Source of the DNA: Octopus vulgaris
Taxonomy: Eukaryota
Assembly: GCA_951406725.2 (NCBI GenBank)
Contig: OX597815.1
Span: 34,348,001-34,412,000, forward strand
Reading direction: 5' to 3'
Length of the DNA stretch: 64,000 nucleotides
Positions within the stretch are counted from its first letter, which is position 1, and each line of letters begins with the position of its first letter. Shown here one piece after another: positions 41,289 to 54,754 of the stretch. A model generated the notes under the pieces. The model searched no databases and was not told where the DNA came from. It saw only the letters and a list, made by a program, of their open reading frames with translations. The translations under genes and the position numbers were made by a program.

Positions 41289-41520
41289 AGCGGCGAGCTG
41301 GCAGAAACGTTAGCACGCCGGGCGAAAAGCGGAGCCGTATTTCGTCTGGCATTACGTTCTGAGTTCAAATTCCGCCGAGGTCGACTCTACCTTTCATCCT
41401 TTCGGGGTCGATAAATTAAGTACCAGTTACGCACTGGGGTCGATATAACCGACTTAATCCGTTTGTCTGTCCTTGTTTGTCCTCTCTATGTTTAACCCCT
41501 TGTGGGTAGTAAAGAAATAA
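41289..41520 (+). mobile_element. SINE family B, full length with TSD
   Basis: CTATTCAGTACA(GCG) occurs at 41278 and 41521. Confidence 0.93.
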
Positions 41521-41809
41521 CTATTCAGTACAGCGCTTTATAATGTAAAAGAGGGGGAGAAAAGAGGGAGAGAGATAAATAGATAGATAGATTGAGACAG
41601 AGAGAGGGAGAGAGAGATGCTGTATAGAAAGCCCCAAATTTTCCGCTTCTTTCATACAAGTGGTATGTAAGCGGGTTAATTCTTGTACACGAACATTTCG
41701 TGTTTACCGTTGATGATGGGAGCAGCGTTCGTCGCGTCTGGAGCTATGCTGTGATCAGAAACAAATGACCCATGTCCGGATAAGAGGATAAATTGCGCGC
41801 GCGTGTGCG

Positions 41810-41950
41810 TGTGTGTATGACAGTGTGTGTGAAGGTGTGTGTATGACAGTATGTGTGAAGGTGTGTGTATGCCAGTGTGTGTGAAGGTGTGTGTATGCCA
41901 GTGTGTGTGAAGGTGTGTGTATGCCAGTGTGTGTGAAGGTGTGTGTATGT
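41810..41950. repeat. 26-bp minisatellite
   Basis: GAAGG recurs at 41831, 41857, 41883, 41909 and 41935. Confidence 0.9.
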
Positions 41951-41967
41951 GCGTTTATATGCGAGCT

Positions 41968-42009
<42 letters not shown>

Positions 42010-42035
42010 CACCCACGCGCACACACACACACACA

Positions 42036-42092
<57 letters not shown>

Positions 42093-42217
42093 GATTGGAA
42101 GCATGTGTATGTACACTCTAAATCATGTATTGTCAGCTCTTTTCTTTCGTTTGTAAAAAAAATATACAGGAGGGAGGGACAAAGGGAGAGAGGGGGAGAG
42201 GGAGGGGAGAAAGAGAG

Positions 42218-42270
<53 letters not shown>

Positions 42271-42931
42271 GCTTTAAGAGCCTTCAGAGAAATATCCTGC
42301 AATGACTTCCATTACTGAATTATTCATACGTAGTATGAACGCATTAACGCGCAAGAAAAGTAAGGCGAAATATGTTTAAGAAAGATATTATTAATCATAT
42401 TATTTTTATATTCATATTATTATTATTTACACAGACACACACACAACGTTTATGCATAGATATCCTGATGTAATTTACCCCTTTTTCCAATAGATGCCAG
42501 CTATTTTCAAAACCTCTCAGTACTCGCTCTATTTTGCTAGACAATACGAATGTTTTAAGGTTTGTTTTTTTTTTATCCGTACTGTCCTCACTTACAATCA
42601 AGTTGCTTTTATTTCAGTAATATATATATTTTTTTTTCTTCCATATGAAATTCTAAATTATACTATTGCTTTTTTTCCTCCCTAAAAAACAATTTTTTTT
42701 TATGTATATTGAAAACATGTCGATTGAAGCAGTTTTGGCAACTTTTAATGCAATAGTCTATTCTTTTCAGTAAAGAGCACTTAGCAACCCCTATTTCTAG
42801 GATGCGTTTATAAATATATGAGAATTATATATGTATATATATGTATATACATGTATGTATGTATGTATGTATGTATGTATGTATGTATGTATGTATGTAT
42901 GTATGTATGTATATGTATATATGTGTGTGTA

Positions 42932-42962
<31 letters not shown>

Positions 42963-42999
42963 ATATATATGTATATATATGTATGTATATGTATGTATG

Positions 43000-43033
<34 letters not shown>

Positions 43034-43071
43034 TGTGTATATATATATGTATATATATATGTATGTATATG

Positions 43072-43102
<31 letters not shown>

Positions 43103-43143
43103 ATATATGTATATATATATATATATATATATGCATGTATATA

Positions 43144-43174
<31 letters not shown>

Positions 43175-43195
43175 GCATGTATGTATATTTATATG

Positions 43196-43226
<31 letters not shown>

Positions 43227-43920
43227 ATAATTCAGGCTAGCAGAATTTTTGTGTGCTGTTTCAGCAACATCAAAGCATATCTAAGCCACAGATTGTATCA
43301 CTCACTTCCAATGAATCTGAAAACCGTTATAATCAAACGCTTTCACCGCTCATTCTCGTTTCCTATCTCACTTCGTAATAGCCTGTGTTCCTTCTATTAT
43401 ACTCTTTTTTTTCCATTATACTTTTTTTTTTCCTCAAGTACAGTTTTGTCTCTTTTTCTCCTATTTGTTTGGCTGTCAAGAAGACAACAAAACAAATACA
43501 AAATTTGAATGTGCGAAGCTATTATGAAATGCTATCATTTAGTTAATTTTCAGTTTACTATTGTTGATAGTGATACGAAGATATTCTATATTTCAATAAA
43601 TAGAGCGACGGTCGCTGGAGAGCAAAGAGATAAACGCTAGGTATGTCGGTGCAAGATTCTGGCTGTTAATCTCAGTTAATGCAAGTTTCTCTTTAATGGA
43701 AACGTTAATGCCGCTGAGGGAAAGCATGAAACTCACAACATTCTAATCTTTCCCTCTCATACTACATGATGTTTGCCCAAACAACAGCAATCATAAATGA
43801 AGCGAATCTCAGCTCGTAATAAGAAACTTGCTTGAGAATCATCAGATATGGTGTCCCCAAAACTTGCAAGAGTACTCCTACCTCACATATGTCCAGTAAT
43901 GGACGAAACTGAAGTTAACT

Positions 43921-43960
<40 letters not shown>

Positions 43961-43962
<2 letters not shown>

Positions 43963-44378
43963 CGCAGGAGTGGCTGTGTAATACCTTTCTCTAGATATTT
44001 CCTGTAACCAACCACATGGTTCCGGGTTCAATCCCACTGCGTGGCATCTTGGGCAAGTGTCTTCTGCTATAGCCCCGGGCCGACCAATGCCTTGTGTGTG
44101 GATTTGGTAGACGGAAACTGAAAGAAGCCTGTCGTATATATGTATATATATATGAGTGTGTGTGTATATGTTTGTGTGTCTGTGTTTGTCCCCCTAGCAT
44201 TGCTTGACAACCGATGCTGGTGTGTTTACGTCCCCGTCACTTAGCGGTTCGGCAAAAGAGACTGATAGAATAAGTACTGGGCTTACAAAGAATAAGTCCC
44301 GGGGTCGATTTGCTCGACTAAAGGCGGTGCTCCAGCATGGCCGCAGTCAAATGACTGAAACAAGTAAGAGAAGAAAGA

Positions 44379-44380
<2 letters not shown>
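43961..44380 (+). mobile_element. SINE family A, full length, with a foreign insert in the head
   Basis: GGCGCAGGAGTGGCTGTGT...GACTGAAACAAGTAAG; (TA)n flanks. Confidence 0.92.
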
Positions 44381-44417
<37 letters not shown>

Positions 44418-44576
44418 CGTGTATGTGTGCGTGTGTGTGCTGAAAAGTTTCTAGCTTAAAGTGTATCGTGATTTATTTTACAGGGCCTAGAAAAACTGAA
44501 GGACCGTAGCAGTAGGTGTGTGAATCTGAGATGGGAATATATTAAATAAAGTCATAATTAACTTCTCAGCACACAT

Positions 44577-44607
<31 letters not shown>

Positions 44608-44609
44608 TA

Positions 44610-45156
44610 TATAAATGGAAGAAGTTATGAAAATGCAATTTTAAAGATGTTTATTCACTTGAATTTAGAATTTGCGATGAACTGACCTGTTTTAGCATTT
44701 TTGGGGTTTGTGTCTGAAATGCTAAAAATTCTAAAACAGGTCAGTTCATCTCAAATTCTTTGTAAACTCATAAATATATCTCCTTCTGTGTATATATATA
44801 CCACCAAATATGACTGTCTTTGAACTAATATACTTCCAAACAAACGTGACTTTTAATGAAATCCCAATATATTTTTTTGAAAATTTTGTTTAATATTTTC
44901 TCTAGATATTTCCTGTTAGATAAACTGTTTTTAACATTTTCTTATTATTATCAAAGAATGTATATATGTATTGTAATATTTTGTGACAACCAGTACTTAA
45001 AACAACAAAACTTTTACAAAGCTTTACATTTTACTTTTGACAATCTTTTTCTAAAAAAGTGAAACCGGTCAAGTGAATAAACATTTTTAAAATTGCATTT
45101 TCAAACCTTCTTTCATATATATTTCCACTCGTGCGGTACCTTACAATTTCACTTTT

Positions 45157-45160
<4 letters not shown>
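44610..45160. mobile_element. microsatellite-flanked element with nested inverted repeats and a degenerate hammerhead
   Basis: ~44629-44663 pairs with ~45069-45103; internal hairpin ~44668-44758; ACTT-TTGACAA..GAAAC-CG-GTC-AAGT at 45033-45074. Confidence 0.55.
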
Positions 45161-45229
<69 letters not shown>

Positions 45230-45233
<4 letters not shown>

Positions 45234-45382
45234 TTTTATTTGTTTCAGTCAATTGACTGCGTCCATGCTTGAGCATTGCCTTTAGTCGAGAAAATCGATT
45301 CTTTGTAAGCTCAGTACGTATTCTATCGGTCTCTTTTGCCGAACCACTAAGTTACGGGGACGGAAACATAAACACAGAACAA

Positions 45383-45447
<65 letters not shown>

Positions 45448-45612
45448 CGCTTGGCTTCTTTCTGTTTCCGTCTACCAAATCCACTCACTAGGCTTTGGTC
45501 GGCCCAAGGCTATAGAAGAAGATACCTGGCCAAGATGCCACGCAGTGGCTACTGAACCCGGAACCATGTTGTTGTTAAGCAAGCTACTTACCACACAGCC
45601 ACTCCTGCGCTT
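45230..45612 (-). mobile_element. SINE family A
   Basis: Reverse-complement match ending ACACAGCCACTCCTGCGC. Confidence 0.87.
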
Positions 45613-45713
45613 ATATATGTGTGCGTGTGTGTGTGTGTGTGTATGTATATATATATAAATATATATATATATATGTGTGTGTGTATGTATATATATAAAT
45701 ATATATATGCGTG

Positions 45714-45752
<39 letters not shown>

Positions 45753-45942
45753 ATGTATGTATGTATGTATGTATGTATGTATGTATGTATAGGTCAAAAT
45801 AAAAAGGAGGCAAATAAATTGGCAAGACTTGACAAGAACATTTAATTTAATTTAGTTAGCAACGAAGTGTAGAGACAGTCTCTGACAGCTGTTTCTGAGA
45901 TATCTCAGCTTTTGGAACATCAAGGAGAGCGAAGACCCCCAT

Positions 45943-46028
<86 letters not shown>

Positions 46029-47903
46029 GTTAAAGATGTGTAACAGTGGAATAAAAGTTTCTCTTCATTGATAGTTGTTGTGGTTCCTTAAGTCCAGAGA
46101 GGGAGGAGGTATCCAAATAGGCCCAGTTAGATCCAGTGAGATTGGTTATTCGTTAGGTAAAATCAATGATCTGAGACAATGGTTAGATGGTAATCCATAA
46201 TGAGGGAAAAGTGTATTTTTTTTGTATTAAGGCCATACAGTTAATAATACCTATAGTTTTACATAGCTGGGCACATTCTCATTCAACATAATAATAAAAA
46301 GACCCTCTTTACATCCATACTATACAACAGTATTGTTAGTCACATGGAAAGTAAAAACATTTCGAGAGAAACAAAAGGAAAAGCTATAAAGAATAGTTTC
46401 TACTGAACCAGGTATTTTGAATTAAGCAGTAAAGAGAAAACATTTTGTTTTCTTTTTACGGCCGAGTATTAATCCAAACTTCAGTACTGTTATACTGTTT
46501 TACCAAAAGCTGGACAGATGACTCATGATTAAATGCGAATTTGTGAATTTTTATCCAAGAGGTTAACTCTTTATCCTTTCCTAGACCAAATATAATAAAC
46601 ATATCTTCTGGGTTTTAGAGCATTCAATGGATATTATATCAAAGAGGGCAATAAATATAACAATAATGATGTTCTAAAATTGACAAAAGGCCAGGAATTA
46701 TGGAGGAGAAGCGCAGTCAGTTGATTCACCACAGTACAAGACTAATAAATATTTCTTTGACTACAAAGGAATGAAAGGTAATACTGACTTGGGAAAGAGA
46801 GAAGGACTTAAACTAATAGGGTAAAAATTTGAAAATATAACATGCTATTAAGTTTTATTGGACTTATTAGTTTAAGAACAGCTTAGGATACTATTGACGG
46901 TCGGCTTTCCATGCTGGCAAGGCTTCGACTGTTCGACATAAGCTGGTGAGCAGAGGACTGTGCTAAGCTCCAATGTCTACTTCGGCATACTTTCTATGCC
47001 TAAACTTTCTTTCACGCCAACCACTATACATATCGTTTACGACTTTTAAAAAAAAATTTACGTGGTACCAGCACTAGTGAGGTGACCAAGTAACTTGCCC
47101 AACAAGGTTCTTCACGCGAATGGAGGAATAGTATTGAAGGAGGTGGTTTTATGCCGGTGATGTGAGGTTAAAGTATAATAGAGGGATAGAAACGGGTTTG
47201 TTATATTATTAGTCAAGGGACTTCATTTATTTATTTTATTTTATATTATTTTTCATTTTTCTCAAAGCACCTTAGAATTTCTAGATAATTGAATTCTTTT
47301 GACTGAATACAATGGAAAAATGAACTGAAAATAGCATCAACGAGAAATTGAACATGCACCAAGGAGCTATCTCAGCAGGAGATTGCTCTACGGTGTCCAC
47401 TAGAGAATTTCAAGATAAACTATTGAATTCCTAATAATGAATTACATTATTGTTAATGCACAATATTTATTCTATTACAAAGTCGCATATTCATTTTATC
47501 GTTCCACATTTAAAAATAACTTTTGCTCTCAGCTGTAGATAGATATTTGTATATTATCAAATAAATCAGTCTTTCTGTTGGCGCTCTATTTAAATATTGT
47601 TTTATTTTTAACTACAATGATGATGATAAAGATACCTGAACTTTTGTTTGATATTGTGCATTTTAGTGGCACAGCACAACTGGAAAACTATGTAATAGAA
47701 TAAAAAGCAAAGAAAATTTAGTTGTTAAACTCAATAGAACAAAGTATTTATATTTACACCGTTTGGCATAGTATATTTAGAAAAAAAAATTTGCTTTAAT
47801 TTTTCCCGAAATAATATTCGTTTTAAAAATCATGTATACAAGATCATTGTGTGTTTATGTGAGCGTGTTTCTGTGTGTATGTGTGTGAGAGTCTGTCTGT
47901 CTG

Positions 47904-47965
<62 letters not shown>

Positions 47966-48304
47966 ACTCACTCGCTCGCTCATTGAGCTCTCATCCAATG
48001 AATCTAGGAATTTTAAAGAATTGAAACTTGTTGGTTTATTAAATTTCTTTAAGCTACTCATCTAATTTTCTGAATACTGTCTGTTGTTGTTGTTGCTGTT
48101 TTCTGATTTGTTATTTGTAAAAATATTTAGAAACACCAGCTTTTATTGTAGATTTTGTTATTGTTCTTCTGAAAACTTAATTATTAACTATTTCGATTGG
48201 GATTCTATTCTGGTTTATAGACAAGCTAAAAGATGATGTCTTTGCCGAAATAGGGCCAATTTATTTGTTTATCGATTTATAATAATAACAACAACAACAA
48301 CAAC

Positions 48305-48364
<60 letters not shown>

Positions 48365-48365
<1 letters not shown>

Positions 48366-49002
48366 CGAAAAACAAGATAATAGGTATCAACATTCTAGCC
48401 GTCTCAAGATGTATCACCCAAAATCTGACGTAGAAAGGATATACATGCAACGTATTGAAGGTCGTAGAGGTCTTATTCAGCTAGAAAACTATTACAAAAT
48501 AACCACCATCGGATTACAGAAATAGTTCAGAAGCAAGAAAACTGATTAAAAAGTATCCACAAAACACGAACAAAACTAAAAGAAAAACTGTTTTCTGTCT
48601 TTAAGAAAACTGACAAATAAAAAAAGAAATCATAGTACCTAACAACAATGAAGGAAAAGAAGAAACAGCCAGCAAAAGCTGTAAAACAACTGAAATCCAA
48701 ACTAAAACTGGAACAGCAACAGATCATGATAAAACGATCTTATACTTGCAGTGTAAGATCAAAGTCTTCCCACCAGAAACCCCCCAAAACATGCGGAGAA
48801 ATACAAGTAACTGCAGAATATATGATGATGGAGAATAAACAATAAATCATATCTCTAGCTGCCCTGTCCTGACTAAAAAGGAATATATTCAGACACAACA
48901 GAGTTATAATCTATATACACAGGAAGCTATGCCAACATTATGAAATATCAACAGAAAAAAGATGGTACAGGCACATCCCAGAAAATGAGAATGCAACCAT
49001 AC
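48365..49002 (+). mobile_element. R4/Dong-like LINE fragment, decayed
   Basis: MYHPKSDVERIYMQRIEGRRGLIQLE, SCPVLTKKEYI and WYRHIPE-like motifs; follows (TAA)n at ~48281-48364. Confidence 0.75.
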
Positions 49003-49004
49003 TG

Positions 49005-50110
49005 TTGTTTTACTGTTAATGATACGGTCAATATTTTTGGTCGGGAGTTCCCAGTTGCTGCCGTTGTTGTTGCTCTTTGTGATATGGTTGTTGTTGCTGC
49101 TGTTGGTGTGCATTCTGCTTGACGTTATGCAGTTGTTTCGACTCCAGTCGTTGTCGTAGCTGCAGCTGCTGCCGGCGCTGTAGTGGATTTTGTGGATGCT
49201 GTTGTCCAATTGTCTCTGTTGGTGTTATTGCTGCTGCCTCGGCTGCTACTGCCGCCCTTGTTGTGGTGTCTGTTGTTGTTGACGTTGCAGTTGCGTTAAT
49301 AGTTGCTGTGGCTCATTTTCGCCCTTGTCTTCTTTCCTTCGAGCAATAGACTCTGATGTGATCTGATTCGCCACATGAGTAACATCGCAGCCTTCTTCCT
49401 TCTATGATCACCTGCAGATGCTAGCCTCCAGGGATTTCTATCAGGTCGGAAATTTTCTCTACAGTTTCTGGTTTTAATTGCAGTAGAATTTCCAACCCTA
49501 TCCCAACCCAGTTCTACTTTTGGGATTTTTGGATTTCTAGGAGGCTTCTAGGATCTTCCAGCACCACGACTTTGTACTACCCACCAGAAATCGATTTCTG
49601 GTGGTATGTTACTTATTTTTATTCGGATCACTCTCTGTCCCCGATAGATGGGAATTAAAGTGAACTCCCCCGTCTTTAATGGGACAGTTGAGTGCTTTTG
49701 TGCTAGTGATTCCGATTAGAATATGACTTTGATGTAGCCGAACTTTGGGGTGTAGCTGACAAAGCTGACATCCCACCATGTATTTTCCTGGCAGAGCTCT
49801 GCCTGGTTTGATGGTATTTTTTTCCTGGACAGATATCTGTATATGATTGTTTGTCTTTTGGTTTTTCTTTTTTTCGGTTGCCTCTAGTAGGTTTTGTAGC
49901 ACATTTAGTGTGGCCTTTCTTTCTTCGCGTCTTATAATCTTCTCAGCTTCCTTTAAATGTTCTTCCTTATCCTTTACAACATAATTTCAAACTTATTTGT
50001 AACCTTTGCGAAGGAAACGTTACTTCTATTTGAACCTTCTCTTTCTTTGTTCGAAATTTTACTGATTTGGTGGCGGTATGTCCCTTGCACAATTGGCTGC
50101 TGCTTGTTAT
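49005..50110 (-). mobile_element. decayed ORF1/gag-like element with a CCHC zinc knuckle
   Basis: Minus strand ~49420-49335 encodes LQVIIEGRRLRCYSCGESDHIRVYC, similar to ILEGRPPKCHSCLQPGHIKRNC at 56.6 kb; outer limits approximate. Confidence 0.6.
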
Positions 50111-50595
50111 ATTTCGTGCTTCGTTGATCGAATTCTCATTACTCCTGACACTTCTCTTCCACTGTGGTTGTTATTGTTGCTATCATTGCTGTTGCTACTC
50201 CTCCTGCTACTACCACTATCATTTACATTTAGAGTGAGTGAGGTGAGTGATAGCGAAAGACAATTTCACGTTCTACATTTCCTCCCACTTCCATCTCTTT
50301 TTGACTTGCTGATAAAGACGATGACGCCATATTAAATTTTGCACATTTTGAAATGAAAATTAAGTGATTTTTGCCCCGCATGGCAAAAAAAAAAACAACA
50401 AAAAAACAGTTAATTCGGCCAATATGATCTACATTAACTTCGTCACAAGTTATAACAATACAATGTAAAAATAACAATCTTTTTAGAGGTAAACAAAACA
50501 CACGTAGCTCCGAAATATACGTCCAGCTCTGGCAACAACAACAACAACGATAATAATAATAACAACAACAACAACAGCAACAATAATAATAATAA

Positions 50596-51130
50596 ATGCC
50601 CTGATGCAGTACCAGGCAGTGGCTCTCATGGCTTCTGATCTTAACTGATTGGAAGTGTTATCATGTACATTGTTTTGGTATAAAAGATGGGCTACAGCAG
50701 ATATTCTGCTCAATGCCACAGATTTGCTTGTCAGTTGTTTGACCTTAACCAGTTGAGCATGTCCCTTAGTGGCTGACGATATGTGCATCTCTGATCACGA
50801 GTAGAAGTAGTGGGGGAGCATCATAGCCATATGTTGAGAGGGATAGTTTGGGGTTTGAACAATTCACGGCTGGAAACATGGGTGTCTTGTTCAACATCCT
50901 TAAACAACCCTTATTCAAGGGCCTTTTGAGCGGCACGGGTTACTCGACTAGACGAAAATTCTAACTGGGCCCCACCTGCAAGGTCATGTGCTGTTTATCT
51001 TGATATGAAATCACCATGTCGTGCACATATGGTTGTGATGCATATGCCTGGTGTACCCTTATCAGACGGGTAGTCATGATGGGTATACTGGGTTTCGTAT
51101 ATTTTACCCCAGTGTCATTTTGATGGCCTC
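50596..51130. repeat. unclassified ~535-bp interspersed-repeat-like segment between (AAC/AAT)n arrays
   Basis: Sharp boundaries against microsatellites and higher GC; single copy in this window. Confidence 0.5.
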
Positions 51131-51223
<93 letters not shown>

Positions 51224-51225
51224 TG

Positions 51226-51277
<52 letters not shown>

Positions 51278-51289
51278 TAATAATAGTAA

Positions 51290-51388
<99 letters not shown>

Positions 51389-51460
51389 TAATAATAATAA
51401 TAATAGTAATAATAATAATAATGATAATAATAATAATAATAGTAATAATAATAATAATAG
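51130..51460. repeat. (AAT)n microsatellite
   Basis: Direct observation. Confidence 0.97.
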
Positions 51461-52497
51461 TTGTTGCTGTTGCTTTAGTTGAGTCAGACACCTTAAACAT
51501 TTTACCGTCAATTATTTCATTGCCTCGTTAATGGGAATGGGGGAGGTGATACAGCAATGTCATCCTTGGCTGAGTTTAAACTCGGAACAGAAACGAATAA
51601 AATTAATTTACATGTCAGTTAAACATTGTCTTTTATGCAAGACAGATAGTTATGCTGTTGCTGTTGTTGGTGGTGATTCAGCAGTTCTATGGGTGAAAAA
51701 CAAACCACACGTGACAGTCCCGTCTTTTTTTTTTTTTTTATCAAAGTAGAGCTCGTTTCCAAAACGGCAGGCTATGAATTAATATAGACTTGGCTATTAT
51801 TTCTAGCCGGTCTAGCAACAATATATAGGTTCCCCGGCGGGTAGGGGAGTAAATATAATCAACATCAGAATATTATATATTTCTATTTTATATTTTATTA
51901 GCAGCAGAGAGTCAAGAGTGAAAGTTGTTTGAGTCAGGGTATTTATGAAGGTACACTGAATTGGGTTGAGTGATGTTCATGCTTTTTCCAGATACAAATG
52001 CGAATTTTGTTTTCAAGTGATTTTTGCCCCGCATGGCAAAAAAATATAGTTAATCAGGCCAATATGTATGAGTTATTATAAAGAGGAATTGAGCCTAGGG
52101 AGGGGACTTGGTTCATTAAGTAATTGTATTCTCCGATAGTTTACATGAAAAAAATAATTTTGGATTCTCCAGCTGAGGAACCAATGTCCTGTGTTGATTT
52201 ATGAGAAAACTAGAGGCCAATGAAAGATATAAACAGAACAATTTTATCTAGGAAGAAAAGTTGGGAATAGATTGAGCTATTTATATTTCAGAGTTGATAT
52301 AAAAAGGATTGTCTAAGTTTTCAGGCGCGAATGCAATCGACTGAAAGTTTGCCCTCTTTATAGGAAAAATATTAACACCAATATAAATATAAAAAAAGAA
52401 AAGAAAAGTGAACGCGGGAGCGGAGAGCCGGATTAGATGCATTCGTTTTATCCCGTGCAGATCTGTGTTAAACTCGTTCCTAAATTGATTTCATATA

Positions 52498-52893
52498 TCT
52501 TTATATATAAAAGTGAGGTTGTGTGCTGTCTGTCTCCTACGATTTAGATTCCTAACTACTCCCACATTTTGCGGTGCAGTTTAACCAAAACCGGGTATCT
52601 TATAGTCGTGATACATATCGAGCCCTTCTGGGTATTAGCGCGCCTCTACGATGAGTCTACGATTTAAAAAAAAATTACCATCAATTTTCCCATTTGTAAT
52701 GCATTTTTGACATATATAAGGGAAGTAACTCTCTAAAAATTTATTATTAAATCTCAGAACGTAAAAAGCTACAGTAACACCCCCCCCCTTTGTGGTTAGC
52801 CATATTAAGATGGCTATTATACTTTACATCTCTAAAAATGCTTATATAGTTATTTCCCTTACAAACCCGAGCAACGCCGGGCGATACTGCTAG
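52498..52893 (+). mobile_element. non-autonomous Helitron
   Basis: A|TCTTTATATATAAAAG...CCCGAGCAACGCCGGG-CGATACTG-CTAG|T. Confidence 0.87.
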
Positions 52894-53843
52894 TTTTCAT
52901 ATATTTCCTTAATAAAATCAAATAAACACATGCACTTTATTGGTGTGTATTTAACTACTACTGCTACTACTACTACTACTACATAAAACCGGTCCCAACT
53001 TTAGGAGGAAAAAAAATAAATTTACGATCATGTGAAACACACAGCTAATCTAAAAGTTCACTTGTCAACATATATTGTATACCATCGCGGACGTTTGATG
53101 AGAAGCTTTTGAAGTGTCAACTATTATGAGGTGTAGAAAGAATGAACAGAAATTAATCTGGTAATGTGATATTATTTTAATGTTTCATCGTTTTTTTTGT
53201 TTTCTTTTTGCTTCTTTTTTCTTTTTTTGTATCAATTATCTTGGTATCGAAAGCAAAGCAATTATGAAGTAAAATCTATTCGCTTGTCTTTTAGAAAATT
53301 GCAGAGAATGCCGAACAAATCTGAAATTGTTACTTTTGAGAATTTACCATGCTATAAAGAATTTCGTTCTTCTAGAATAAGAATAGTAGAGAATAAAGAG
53401 AAAAGGAAAAAAAAAGAAGAAGAAGAAGAAAGGAAAGAGTAAACTGTAATTAGAAACTGAGGTAATGAGATCAGTTTAAGAATGCATATAAATAAAAGAG
53501 AACGATTTAATAGCAATAACATTCTCTTTGGAACGTGAAATGTGGAATGATGCTGAAGAAATTATATTTGAAATGTACATAAAAAAAAAAAGAGAGATCA
53601 AATGAAATAATATATTACAGTTCAAGGTAAATAATGCAGTACCTTTGGAAATGATTAAAAACATACGATAAATTGAAACAAATAAAGTTAAATAAGTCAG
53701 GGATCTAGAATTAGGAGAGAAATTTATGTCACAAAATAGAATGAGTGAAATTAATTGTCCATTGAAAGAATGGGTGGAGCTGACAACTAAATTATCATAA
53801 TTTTGACCTAGATGAGCTTCTAATAGTCTAAGTAAGAAGTAAT

Positions 53844-54230
53844 GGATCTTTTCGGTTTGAACGGCAGTTTTTTCTAGTAGGTTTAGTTAGGGTTAGTTAG
53901 GGTTAGTTAGGATTAGGGTTAGGGTTAAGGGTGGGGGAAGGGTATCTTTTTTTCTTCACAAATGTAAATAGACCCAATCTGTTTCTTAAACGAGGGACAT
54001 ATTCATACGGCACAGAATGTTTTTTTACCTCAATAGACGTCATTGATTGATTGAAATTGCAGAAATTGAAGAAAAAACAACAACAAATATCTTACAAACT
54101 ATAGAATTTTCTCAATAAAGCCAAGAGAAAAAGATGTTTTATAAACACATTCTACCAGTATACGAAGTTTAAAAGTGTTTAGTTATGTGGAAATTATTTT
54201 TAAAAACTGCCGTTCAAACCGAAAAGATCC
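53844..54230. mobile_element. MITE (possibly Merlin-like) carrying TTAGGG-like repeats
   Basis: Perfect 29-bp TIR GGATCTTTTCGGTTTGAACGGCAGTTTTT; 8-bp TSD GAAGTAAT (53836-53843 / 54231-54238). Confidence 0.9.
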
Positions 54231-54754
54231 GAAGTAATGTTTGTGTGATGGGTTAAGTGAAATGTAAGGTCTCAACACGGTTTTAAGTTAATGACGTTTT
54301 CCCTTTACACAGCCATTTATGTAGTTATCTCTGTATTATGCTTAAGGGATATACATAGTTGACAGGCCAGATACTGTGATTTTTATCCGAAGCAAAATAT
54401 CTTAGAGACGTGTTGTGTTATAAAAATAACATATAACGCAGAGAGTTGAAAAATAGTCTCGGTAGTGGCTTGCGAGAACGCCAGATCCATTCTGAGCATA
54501 AACATCCCAAATAATACCTTTGGTTTTCATGGTTAAAGAGGAAAGAGGGTCGGGAAAGGGAAACCACACCAATGTTCCTTCATACCAAAATAAATTTAAT
54601 AAAGATGTATTTTAGGAGCAAACAATTGAAGCTAGATGTTCTACAAAACTTTTCTAATGCAAGAATTCTGACACCCAGCTAAAATCCACAAAATTACTTG
54701 TCATATAATCTCAGATCACCAGAACAATTACATCTTAGCTTTTATCGTCAATCG

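Noticed and set aside
42818-43508. YVCM/HTYI-type ORFs here and throughout the window
   Set aside because: Translations of (TATG)n, (TA)n and (CA)n microsatellites.
53879-53930. TTAGGG repeats as a telomere or fusion site
   Set aside because: Short, degenerate and inside a MITE.
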